This document shows positions 6,633-14,765 of a stretch of 64,000 nt of DNA, one piece after another. The notes beneath the pieces were generated by a model. That model was not told the origin of the DNA. It did not search any database and was given only the letters and a program-made list of their open reading frames with translations. Source of the stretch: Myxococcota bacterium (GTDB lineage: Bacteria; Myxococcota_A; UBA9160; SMWR01); contig DATKND010000054.1 in assembly GCA_035541475.1 (NCBI GenBank), forward strand, positions 4,069-68,068, written 5' to 3'. The position numbers and the translations under genes are program-made. Position 1 is the stretch's first letter. Every line of letters starts with the position of its first letter.

Positions 6633-9629
6633 CTATTCGAGGACGAGGCTCTCCGCTGGACTGCGATCGTGCCCGGGGGCGGCGTTCTCCAGCGCGCCAG
6701 CTGGCGCCGGAAGGCAGAAGAAGAAGATTGCGCCGCGCCCGGAGTGGGATTCGGCCCCCAGCGTTCCGCCGTGCGCCTCGAGGATCGAGCGGCTGATCGC
6801 CAGGCCGAGGCCCATGCCGTGCGGCTTGGTGGTGTAGAAGGCCTCGAAGAGCCGCTGTGCATCCTCGGCACGCACGCCGACCCCGTGGTCGCGCACGCTG
6901 ATCCGCACGGCGGCGCGCCCCTCCAGCTCGGCGGGGCTCCCTCGGATCTCGACGGTGCGTTCCGGGTCGTCGATGTCGCTCATCGCGTCCATCGCGTTCA
7001 CGACCAGGTTCAAGAGCACCTGCTGAAGCTGCACGCGATCGGCGAGCACGAGCGACAGATGGTCCGGCACGTCGGTCCGGATCGTGATGCTTCGGGTATC
7101 CGCTTCCGCGGCCACTAGCGCCACGACCTCGCGCGCCACCTCCGAGAGCCGCACCGGCATGCGTTCCGGCTTCGACCGCTTTGCCAGCGCGCGCACGCGC
7201 TCGATGATGGCACTCGCCCGCTCGGCGTCGGCCACGATGTCGGAAAGCGCTCGTCGCCCCTCGTCCGCGCCGGGCTTCTCGCGGGGTAGCAGAGCCAGAC
7301 ACGCGTTCGCGTTGTTCGAGATCGCACCCAGCGGTTGATTCAGCTCGTGAGCCAACGAAGCGGTCACTTCCCCCACCGTCGCCACCCGCGTCACATGCGT
7401 AAGAGCCGCCTGTGTCTGCCGCAACGCCTCCTCGGCCTGCTTGCGCTCGGTGATGTCCATCATCGTCCCAACGGTCTCGATAGGTCGGCCGACCGCATCG
7501 AGGGCCGCATTGCTCACGATCTCGACGTGCCGGAGCGTCCCGTCCGGAAGAACGATCCGGAGCTCGCGAGCGTAGTTCGCTTCCTTGCGCTCGATGGCGT
7601 CGATGATCACGGCTCGATCCTCCGGGTGGATCCGCTCGAGCACCGCCTCGGTCGACGGAATTCCCTCGTCAGGATCGAATCCGTACATCCGGAACATCTC
7701 CGGAGACCAGTTCTTCAGCACCTCGGTCTCGAGGTCGAACACCCAGCTGCCCGTGCGACTGACGCGCTGCGCCTCCGACAGCCAGAACTCGTTTCGCCGC
7801 AGGGCTTCCTCCGCCTCGCGCCGGTCGTGGATGTCGACGGCGATGCCCATCCAGCGAACGATGCGCTCCTCGGTGTCGCGGACCGGCCGGGCCCGAATCA
7901 GGTGCCAGCGGTACTGGCCGTCTGCAGCCCGGCGCAGCGGCGCCTCGGCGTTCCATTCGCCACCCGACGCGACGGTCTGCTGCCACGACTCCGTGAGCCG
8001 GTCGCGGTGTTCCGGAGCGACGGCCGCGAACTCGGGTTCGCTCTCGTCCAGCGTGAGCCCCGTGTAGTCGCACCACCACTGGTTGACGAAGACGAGCTTT
8101 CCGTCGGCGTCCGCCATCCAGACCATCTGCGGCGACACTTCGATCAGCGCGCGATAGCGCTCCTCACTCTCCCGCAGCGCCATCTCGGCGCGCTTGCGCT
8201 CGGTGATGTCGCGCGCGAGCGTGAGACCGAGCGGACGCCCGTCGGGCGACGTGAATCCACGCGTGCGGACCTCGACTGGGACGGTCGTTCCGTCCTTGCG
8301 ACGGTTGCGGCTCTCGAACGTGACGATCGGTTCGCCCGCCTCGAAACGCTTGCCGATCGCCACGGGATCGAGATCCGGATCGATGTCGAATGCCGACATC
8401 CCGATCAGCTCGTCGCGCGTGTAGCCGAGGCTGTCGCAGGCCTGGCGGTTCACATCGATCAAGACGCCGTCCTCGCCGTGGAGGTAGATCCCGTCGGTCG
8501 CGTGGTCCACCAGCGTGCGGAAGCGGGTCTCGCTCGCCCGCAGCTCGTCCTCGGCGCGCTTGCGCGCGGTGATGTCCTCGCACGCGACGAGGACGATCGG
8601 ACCGCCATCCGTCCCCTGCATCGCCCGGGCCGTCTCGCGCACCCAGAGCGGGGTGCCGTCCTTGCGGGCCTTGCGCAGCTCCCAGCTCACGGCCTCCCCG
8701 GGATGTGCGAGGCAGGCGGCGACGTGGTCCTTCGCGGCCTGCCCGTCGTCTTCGTGGAAGACGCCGACAACTGAACGGCCGATCAGTTCCTCGACGGTGT
8801 AGCCGAGCTGCTCCGCGCCGTAGCGGTTCACCGAGAGCACGGTGCCCGCCGGATCGAGCATGAAGTACATGGTCGGGTTGTGCTCGAAGACGGCCCGCCA
8901 CTGCTCCTCGCTCCTCCGTAGCGCTTCCTCCGCTCGCTTGCGCTGCGTGATGTCGTTGGCCACCACGAGATGCGCGACGGGATTCCCCTCAGCGTCTCGC
9001 TGGAGCACGCTGCGAGCGGCGACCACGATCCGCTCCCCCGCGCGCGTCACATTGAAGAGCTCGCCCTGCCAGGAGCCGGTTCGGAGCAGCTGCCCTGCGA
9101 CGTTCGCGATTGGCTCGTGAGACGTCGTCTGGAGGAGCTCGTGCGCCATGCGGCCGATCGCTTCGTCGGCGCTCCAGCCGTACAGCTCCTCGGCGCCGCG
9201 ATTCCAATAGATGAGGCGATCGTCCATGCTGGTGATGCAGACCGCGTCGTGCGTCAGGTCGAGGAGCCCGGCGCGCTCGGCTACGCCCTGGTCCGAGCGC
9301 CGCGCGCGATCCACGACCCGGGTGATCACGAACGCGGTGAGGAGAAACGCGACCAGCTCGATCGTGTCGATCGGCGTCCCGCTCGTCCAACCGTTGGAAG
9401 GATGGAAGAAGGAGTTCAGACACGCGACCGCGAGGAGCGAGAGCGCTGCGAGCACAGCAAACGACACGGTCGACGACAGCAGCAGGATCGCGATCAGATA
9501 CAAGAACGCGGTGGGCGTCGAGTCGAATCGCAACGCGAAACACACCACGGTGACGAGTGCCAGAGCGGCGAGGCCCAGCGCGAGCTGCTTCGCCACCTGC
9601 CAGACCCGGGCGGCGGTATCTACCTTCAT
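6633..9629 (-). CDS. Membrane-anchored multi-PAS sensor histidine kinase HK2 (paralogue of HK1)
   Basis: ORF 6633..9779. The preferred ATG at 9629 gives MKVDTAARVW followed by hydrophobic DUF4118-like helices. Five PAS-like repeats. H-box LAHELNQPL. HATPase motifs (NLVVNAMDAM, TTKPHGMGLGLAISRSI). Long blocks are identical to HK1. Confidence 0.9.
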   Translation of the reverse strand: MKVDTAARVWQVAKQLALGLAALALVTVVCFALRFDSTPTAFLYLIAILLLSSTVSFAVLAALSLLAVACLNSFFHPSNGWTSGTPIDTIELVAFLLTAFVITRVVDRARRSDQGVAERAGLLDLTHDAVCITSMDDRLIYWNRGAEELYGWSADEAIGRMAHELLQTTSHEPIANVAGQLLRTGSWQGELFNVTRAGERIVVAARSVLQRDAEGNPVAHLVVANDITQRKRAEEALRRSEEQWRAVFEHNPTMYFMLDPAGTVLSVNRYGAEQLGYTVEELIGRSVVGVFHEDDGQAAKDHVAACLAHPGEAVSWELRKARKDGTPLWVRETARAMQGTDGGPIVLVACEDITARKRAEDELRASETRFRTLVDHATDGIYLHGEDGVLIDVNRQACDSLGYTRDELIGMSAFDIDPDLDPVAIGKRFEAGEPIVTFESRNRRKDGTTVPVEVRTRGFTSPDGRPLGLTLARDITERKRAEMALRESEERYRALIEVSPQMVWMADADGKLVFVNQWWCDYTGLTLDESEPEFAAVAPEHRDRLTESWQQTVASGGEWNAEAPLRRAADGQYRWHLIRARPVRDTEERIVRWMGIAVDIHDRREAEEALRRNEFWLSEAQRVSRTGSWVFDLETEVLKNWSPEMFRMYGFDPDEGIPSTEAVLERIHPEDRAVIIDAIERKEANYARELRIVLPDGTLRHVEIVSNAALDAVGRPIETVGTMMDITERKQAEEALRQTQAALTHVTRVATVGEVTASLAHELNQPLGAISNNANACLALLPREKPGADEGRRALSDIVADAERASAIIERVRALAKRSKPERMPVRLSEVAREVVALVAAEADTRSITIRTDVPDHLSLVLADRVQLQQVLLNLVVNAMDAMSDIDDPERTVEIRGSPAELEGRAAVRISVRDHGVGVRAEDAQRLFEAFYTTKPHGMGLGLAISRSILEAHGGTLGAESHSGRGAIFFFCLPAPAGALENAAPGHDRSPAESLVLE

Positions 9630-9660
9630 CGGACGTCCGGACGAATCGATTCTCGATGTG

Positions 9661-10415
9661 TCAAACGCGGGCCATGTTAACACCCGAAAGCTCGAGGACG
9701 CGGTCTGCCACGCGCGGGGTGTCGAAGCGAGCGCGCCGCGACGGCGCTCGGAGACGACAAGCTGCGACGTCGTCGGCACCGAGCAGCTTGCCGATCAGCT
9801 CGAGCGCGTCGCGATGGAAGAGGATCTGCATGTGTCCGATGCCGCGGAGCCGCAGCGCGCGCTGCCGCACCGCCGTCGCGATGCACGAGGAGCGTTCCGG
9901 CACAACGGCGTCACCGTCGCCCGTGATCGCGACGAGCTCCGATCCGCGTGGCACCGGACGCGCCGCGAGCCGGGCGAGGAAACGAGAGCCCGGGCGCAGC
10001 TGTCGCATGCACGGCGACAGCCCGAGGGTGGCGAGCGCGGCATAGCGCGCGAGCGGCACCCGCGGTGCGGTGTCCCCAACGTGATCACACGTCGGACTCG
10101 GGATCCGCGATCGATGTGCTTCAGGAGCACCGTCGCGACCAGGCCGCCGAGCGAGTGCCCGACGACGTCGACCGCGCCGAACCCCGCCGCTGCGATGGCG
10201 GCGTCGACGCACGTCGCAACGTTCAGGACGTCGCCCCAGCCGAAGCCGAGCGCCGGTCGCAGGACGGGACACTCGAGGCGGACGCGGATCTGCCGCGCGA
10301 GGAACGCGAGCATGCGCGGCGTGCTCGCGAAGCCGTGGAGCAGCACGACTGGCCGCGGCGGCATCTGCGGAAGGGCAGCGGTTCGAAGGATCGAGTCGAG
10401 CGCGACCGCGGCCAT
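9661..10415 (-). pseudogene. Alpha/beta hydrolase (lipase-like) with one apparent frameshift
   Basis: ATG 10415 is preceded by AAGGAGG. The sequence reads PVVLLHGF, nucleophile elbow VVGHSLGG and ITLGTPHRG in ORF 9795..10415. It then continues one frame over as VPLARYAA...VAITGDGDAVVPERSS...GIGHMQILFH to the stop at 9661. The break is near 10062. Confidence 0.7.
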
Positions 10416-10440
10416 CTCGATTTCCTCCTTCGGCGGCGCG

Positions 10441-10458
10441 TTGCAGCTTGCGTGCCAT
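10441..10458 (-). promoter_or_regulatory. Sigma-54 (-24/-12) promoter
   Basis: The minus strand reads aTGGCACgcaagCTGCAa. This matches TGGCAC-N5-TTGCA with correct spacing and one mismatch. It lies 26 nt upstream of ATG 10415, with the AAGGAGG RBS in between. Confidence 0.65.
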
Positions 10459-10546
10459 GCCCGGGAGCGGGCCCCATCGAGCGACGGCGCCCGCGCGCCG
10501 TTTCTCTGGCTCGATTGCCATTCGGTCGGCAGCGCACAAGGGCCGC

Positions 10547-10566
10547 ACCTGTCCTTCGGGACAGGT
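10547..10566. promoter_or_regulatory. Palindrome ACCTGTCC-ttcg-GGACAGGT (candidate upstream activator site)
   Basis: The arms are identical to 2032..2051. It sits about 100 bp upstream of the sigma-54 promoter at 10441..10458, and about 140 nt downstream of the FixJ-like gene stop. Confidence 0.5.
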
Positions 10567-10706
10567 TCACGTTCTGTCGAGTCCAGATGGGCTGAAGCGC
10601 TCGGATCGGTAGGAGGTGCGTATGCAGAAGCTCGGCTTTGCGGCGTAGCGGGCCGCAGGCATCGCCACCTCCTGAACGGAGCGGCGCGCGACGTGCATCG
10701 GCCTCT

Positions 10707-11360
10707 CTAGCCGGTCTCTGCGGGCGACGGGGCTCCCGGCCGCGGCAGCGGGATGCGGAGCTGTCCCGCCATCCTCACGAGTTCTGCGATCGACTCGGCC
10801 TCCATCTTCTTCATCAGGTGCGCGCGGTGGAACTTGATCGTGCGCTCGCTCGTGGACAGCTCGGCTGCAATCTGCTTGTTGAGGAGGCCTGCGACGGCGA
10901 ACGCCATGACCTCCCGCTCTCGCGGCGTGAGGCTCTCGTAGCGCTCACGCAGCGCTTCGTCGGCGAGGCGCGCGGCGATCCGCGAGCGTTCCCGCTCGAT
11001 CGCAGCACGGATCGCCGGCAGCAGCTCCTGCGAGCGGACCGGCTTCGTGAGGAACTCCGCCGCGCCCGCCTTCATCGCACGCACCGACATCGGGATGTCC
11101 CCGTGCCCGGTCACGAAGATGATCGGGATCTCGACCCCGGAGCGCGCGAGCTCGCGCTGGAGGTCGAGACCGCTCTGCCCGGGCAGCCGCACATCGAGGA
11201 CGAGACAGGCGGGGCCGTCGATGGGCGCGCTGTCGAGAAATGCCTGCGCGGACTCGAAGGTCCGCACCGCGAAACCCATCGAGCGCACCAGGCGCTCGGT
11301 CGACTTGCGGACCGATGCGTCGTCGTCGACGACGAAGACCGTGGGGGCCCTCTCGCTCAC
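10707..11360 (-). CDS. FixJ/LuxR-family two-component response regulator
   Basis: GTG start. Receiver motifs (VFVVDDD, LVLDVRLPGQSG, FVTGHGD, KAGAAEFLTKP) plus a LuxR-type HTH (LTPREREVMAFAVAGLLNKQIAAELSTSERTIKFHRAHLMKKM). Confidence 0.9.
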   Translation of the reverse strand: MSERAPTVFVVDDDASVRKSTERLVRSMGFAVRTFESAQAFLDSAPIDGPACLVLDVRLPGQSGLDLQRELARSGVEIPIIFVTGHGDIPMSVRAMKAGAAEFLTKPVRSQELLPAIRAAIERERSRIAARLADEALRERYESLTPREREVMAFAVAGLLNKQIAAELSTSERTIKFHRAHLMKKMEAESIAELVRMAGQLRIPLPRPGAPSPAETG

Positions 11361-11489
11361 GATGGTCCGAGGCTACCACCGCCGCCGTGCCAGCGTCCTC
11401 TGAGGCGCGCCGCGTTCGCAGTCAGATCCATTCTGTGCCGCTTGCCCTCTGACTCGCAGCCGGAGCTCGTGATGATCGTCATGATGCCG

Positions 11490-11880
11490 TCAACGCGAGC
11501 TCTTACGTGCGAAGCGCACAAGGGCGTTGCGCGCGGCGCGAATCTCGACCGCCTTCCGCTGGGCGAGTTCGCGAAGCTCCTCGCCCAGTACCTGGCCGGG
11601 GTCGTACTGCTTCATGCGCGCCCGGAACGCCCGCTCGATCTCTCGGTGTGAAGCGCGAGGAGGCACACCCAGCACCTCTCGCGTCCCACACCTTCGTCGG
11701 CTCCGCCGGACACTCGGGATCCGCAGTCGCTCTCGACGACGCCACAGTGTGTCGCTCGGCGCCGCGCAGACGCTCGCGCTCCGCCCGATCGGGGCGCTCT
11801 CTCTTCGACACCCCCGAGAAGAGAAACGCGTTGCCCGCGAGTCCCAGGGTCAGCCCCCCGATTCCGAGACCAATCGCCAA
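11490..11880 (-). pseudogene. Possible membrane-anchored J-domain-like protein with a frame change
   Basis: The ORF 11503..11880 frame gives an N-terminal TM helix (MAIGLGIGGLTLGLAGNAFLF). One frame over, ORF 11490..11675 gives VLGVPPRASHREIERAFRARMKQYDPG, which looks like J-domain helices I-II but has DPG instead of HPD. Confidence 0.3.
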
Positions 11881-11971
11881 GAGGAAGTCCCCATCCTAGA
11901 GGTTGCCTTCGTTCGCGGCGATCGGGCGTGATCGTCGACAAGCGCCGGTAGAACGCGGGACGCGAAACCCT

Positions 11972-12286
11972 TCAGGGCCTCTTCATCAGGAAGTACGCCA
12001 CCTCATCCCGCGAAGGGCGTGCATAGCAAGGACCACGCTTCTCGGGATGCAGCACGTGCGTGAACCCACGCGCTAGGTGGTCGACGACTTCGTGGTCCGG
12101 CACCCAGACACAAGACGTGGGGGCGATGCCAGGGACTGTGAAGTTCATCGGCACAAGCTCGGGCTGAGGAGGCGGCGGGTTGAGCTTCTTCTTCAGCCAG
12201 GCCCATGCATCGCTTCCCGCAGCACGGCCGAAGCCTGTGAGGAAGACAGTGGCAGCACCGAGTAGATAGGCCAGTACGATTTTCAC
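11972..12286 (-). CDS. Hypothetical membrane-anchored protein
   Basis: GTG 12286 with GGAGGG 6 nt upstream. TM helix VKIVLAYLLGAATVFLTGF, then a Pro-rich linker. Part of ORF 11972..12334. Confidence 0.5.
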   Translation of the reverse strand: MKIVLAYLLGAATVFLTGFGRAAGSDAWAWLKKKLNPPPPQPELVPMNFTVPGIAPTSCVWVPDHEVVDHLARGFTHVLHPEKRGPCYARPSRDEVAYFLMKRP

Positions 12287-12324
12287 TTGCGACCCTCCGC
12301 AGACGGACTCGCGCCGCTGTGAGG

Positions 12325-12819
12325 TCACCCCCAAGCGAACACCTCGCCTGGACGCCCGAGCTTGAACCGATCGCGACTATCGGCTCTGTAGATGACGATC
12401 TCGTCCGAGTGCACCAGTACCCTCGCTCCCTCGTACTCGCGGCTATAGGGCGCGAAGATCGAGAGAACCTTCAGGTACGCTGCAACGAAGACGTCACTGT
12501 TGATCGACTCACCGGGCAGGACGAACACGCCATGGCAGCGGTGGAACGGGAAGCGCCGGCGATCGAGAAAATCCCGGTCCTGGGTGAGGATGAAGCGGCG
12601 CTCGCGCCATGCGGCCATGAACACGTCGTGATCGTCGTGCCCACCGAGGCCCGCATCCGCCACGGTCTTCGCGTTCCATCCTCGCCTCCGCAGCGCGGCG
12701 GCCACTGACTCGCCTAGCGTCTCGTCGACGAGGAAGCGGACCTTCTTCCGGATCACGCGCATGAGGCGGTTGACCTCGCGAGCGTCGGGCACTTCGAGGC
12801 GCTCCCAGCCCATCTTCAT
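12325..12819 (-). CDS. DUF5615 (PIN-like/Mut7-C-type) domain protein, toxin-like
   Basis: The core VRFLVDETLGESVAAALRRRGWNAKTVADAGLGGHDDHDVFMAAWRERRFILTQDRDFL matches my memory of the DUF5615 pattern (FL.DE.L......L...G.....V...GL.G..D..I...A..E.R.L.T.D.DF). It is extended at both ends. Confidence 0.6.
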   Translation of the reverse strand: MKMGWERLEVPDAREVNRLMRVIRKKVRFLVDETLGESVAAALRRRGWNAKTVADAGLGGHDDHDVFMAAWRERRFILTQDRDFLDRRRFPFHRCHGVFVLPGESINSDVFVAAYLKVLSIFAPYSREYEGARVLVHSDEIVIYRADSRDRFKLGRPGEVFAWG

Positions 12820-12956
12820 GGCCTCGGCGTAGTCGACGGCGGCTTCGACTTGTCGGGTCGAGGCACATGGCCTCGGGTCGATCCTCGCCGCATCCGCATC
12901 GCGAACCGAGCTTCTTCGAGCCGCGCTCGGCGGGTCGCCTGGTCCTCACTCGCCAT
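12816..12956 (-). CDS. Small upstream ORF (46 aa), possible antitoxin-position gene
   Basis: MASEDQATRRARLEEARFAMRMRRGSTRGHVPRPDKSKPPSTTPRP. Its TGA overlaps the DUF5615 ATG (ATGA). No family recognised; it does not look like DUF433. Confidence 0.3.
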   Translation of the reverse strand: MASEDQATRRARLEEARFAMRMRRGSTRGHVPRPDKSKPPSTTPRP

Positions 12957-12966
12957 GTCGGGAACT

Positions 12967-13020
12967 CCCCCTCCGCGCCGCTTGGGGGGCGCCGGGTGGC
13001 AAGGGCGCGGCCGGAGGGGG
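12967..13020. repeat. GC-rich imperfect inverted repeat
   Basis: CCCCCTCCG (12967..12975) pairs with CGGAGGGGG (13012..13020). The inner segments CGCGCC/GGCGCG extend the stem with a bulge. Confidence 0.4.
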
Positions 13021-13169
13021 GAGGCCGACCGTTGGCTAGTTCCGGGGAAGTTTATCGACGGCAACGACACGGGCAAGCGTGGCGCTCCGTCGGTGACCGA
13101 CGCGATTCGGCGTGTTCCGACGCGATCCGACACGGTCGACGGCGGGGCCGGGCCCCGACGGCGATCACG

Positions 13170-13517
13170 TCATCGACGACGAGCTGCCACCGCGAGCCCG
13201 AGCAGCCCGACGCCGAGCAGCGCGGCGGTCGTCGGCTCGCGCGTCACTTGCAGCTCGGTCGTTACCGGAATCGTGACATCCGGCGGCGTCGCGAATGGCG
13301 AGGGTCGGGCGGCGCTCGTCGAGCAATGCGGATACCGATCCAATTCCAGCGGCGCGCCGGACATCGACCGCCGGTGAGTGGGTCTCGCCCGGCTTCCCGC
13401 GCAACGCCGAACTGTGTTTCGGCGGACTCGACCTTCTACAGGGTCAAGCAACGCGGCGAGAAGCTTATCCAGATCGAGTTCAGCCAGCAGGTCTAAGACC
13501 GATACCGGAGAGGTCAT
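13170..13517 (-). pseudogene. Fragment carrying a PEP-CTERM-type sorting signal
   Basis: The C-terminus TREPTTAALLGVGLLGLAVAARRR* has an EP motif, a hydrophobic helix and an Arg cluster. The N-terminal two thirds has no signal peptide and reads as non-native. Confidence 0.35.
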
Positions 13518-13549
13518 CGTCGAGAACCTGGAGGCGTGATCGAGAGGAG

Positions 13550-14602
13550 CTACCCCACCCGCTCCATCGCGGTCCTGAGAGAATCCAGGCCGAGGTTGAA
13601 GTAGCTCCGCTGGATTACCTCAAGGCTCGACCAACCGCCCAGACGGCGAATCACCTCAGCGTTTGCACCGGTCTCAGCGAGGGTCGTCGCCCAGGTGCGT
13701 CGGCAGACGTGGAGCCCGAGAGGCTCCATCCCAGCCCGCAGGTACGCCTTGCGAACGCGATCTTCGACGGTCCGAAGCTGCCCACCGTCGTTCGCGCGGA
13801 TGAAGAACCAGTCCTCGGGCTTCATCTGGCCGCGCTGGTGCTCAATGTAGTGTTGCAGGTAGCGAAGAAGCCGAGCGCCGATCGGTACTACACGCCGTTG
13901 CTTCGACTTCGGAGACCACCGTCTCCCGTCTTCGAGCACCTTCGCCCGCACATGGATCAAGCCGCGGAGATCCACGTCTCGGGCTTGCAGGGTGAGGGCC
14001 TCCCCGCGTCGAAGGCCCGCGTAGAGGCAGAGCGCGACGATCATCCGTAGCTGCGGATCGCAGGCCGCGAGGAGCTGGCCTTGCTCTTTCCGCGTGAGGA
14101 TGCGCGGGTCGCAGTCGTCTCGGACCGAGGTGAGCCCACTGAGTTCGAGCGGAGGGAGTCGTTCGATCAGTCCGCTTCGAAGGGCCCAATGGAGGGCAGC
14201 CTTGATCACCCTCAGATCCCGGTTGTAGCTGACGACCTGGGCGCCGCCGGATGCCCGGAACTCGCAATGCCGACGGATCGCTTCCATATCCAGCAGGACT
14301 AGGGGACAGGAAGCAAGGCCGGTCTTCTGAACCGCCTTGAGCACCTCCCGGTCGTTCCGGAGCGTGTCTTCTTTGACTGCCCCTCTCTTGCTGGTGGCAA
14401 TCCCAGCACACCGGGTCCGGTGCCAGCGCTGGAGTAGATCGCGAAGGACGAACGAGTGACCTGGCTTCGACTGCCCGGACTCCTCCCTCGCTAGCCACTG
14501 CTCAGCCTCGGCGTAGGTCGGGAAGACCTTCCGGAGACGGCCTCGGGCGGCCTTGGAATCAGCGATCCAAGTCCCGTTCGGACGCTTACGAATCGAGCCC
14601 AT
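13550..14602 (-). CDS. Tyrosine recombinase / phage-type integrase
   Basis: ORF 13550..14668. The preferred start gives MGSIRKRPNGTW. Catalytic-domain motifs: GLRRGEALTLQARDVDL, GLHVCRRTWAT (H-x-x-R), LGGWSSLEVIQRSY (catalytic Tyr). Confidence 0.85.
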   Translation of the reverse strand: MGSIRKRPNGTWIADSKAARGRLRKVFPTYAEAEQWLAREESGQSKPGHSFVLRDLLQRWHRTRCAGIATSKRGAVKEDTLRNDREVLKAVQKTGLASCPLVLLDMEAIRRHCEFRASGGAQVVSYNRDLRVIKAALHWALRSGLIERLPPLELSGLTSVRDDCDPRILTRKEQGQLLAACDPQLRMIVALCLYAGLRRGEALTLQARDVDLRGLIHVRAKVLEDGRRWSPKSKQRRVVPIGARLLRYLQHYIEHQRGQMKPEDWFFIRANDGGQLRTVEDRVRKAYLRAGMEPLGLHVCRRTWATTLAETGANAEVIRRLGGWSSLEVIQRSYFNLGLDSLRTAMERVG

Positions 14603-14765
14603 TTGCGTGCCTCTGGTGGTTCGCACCATGGCAACGATCGACTGTTCGATAGGCTCGCTTAAGTCCATACCGGTAAAGGCTTTTCAGCAACCGGCAACCA
14701 ATCGCGGACCTTTCGAGTCAGGCCCGTTCAACCGGACTCCGGCACCTCTCCGAAGGGCGCGGATT

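Larger units (their letters stand above)
11941..14765. mobile_element. Putative integrative-element remnant (boundaries not defined)
   Basis: Contains an integrase, a toxin-like DUF5615 gene, orphan small ORFs and a gene fragment. It looks locally less GC-rich by eye than the flanks. I found no tRNA or clear att repeats. Confidence 0.3.

Noticed and set aside
13505-14749. 9-bp inverted match (CGGAGAGGT / ACCTCTCCG) flanking the integrase gene
   Set aside because: A 9-mer match between two ~100-bp windows is not far from chance expectation, and there is no extension of the match.
14603-14765. Search for a tRNA/tmRNA gene or att site next to the integrase
   Set aside because: I could not see a T-loop (GGTTCRANYC) or a cloverleaf-compatible sequence here or at 13518-13549.
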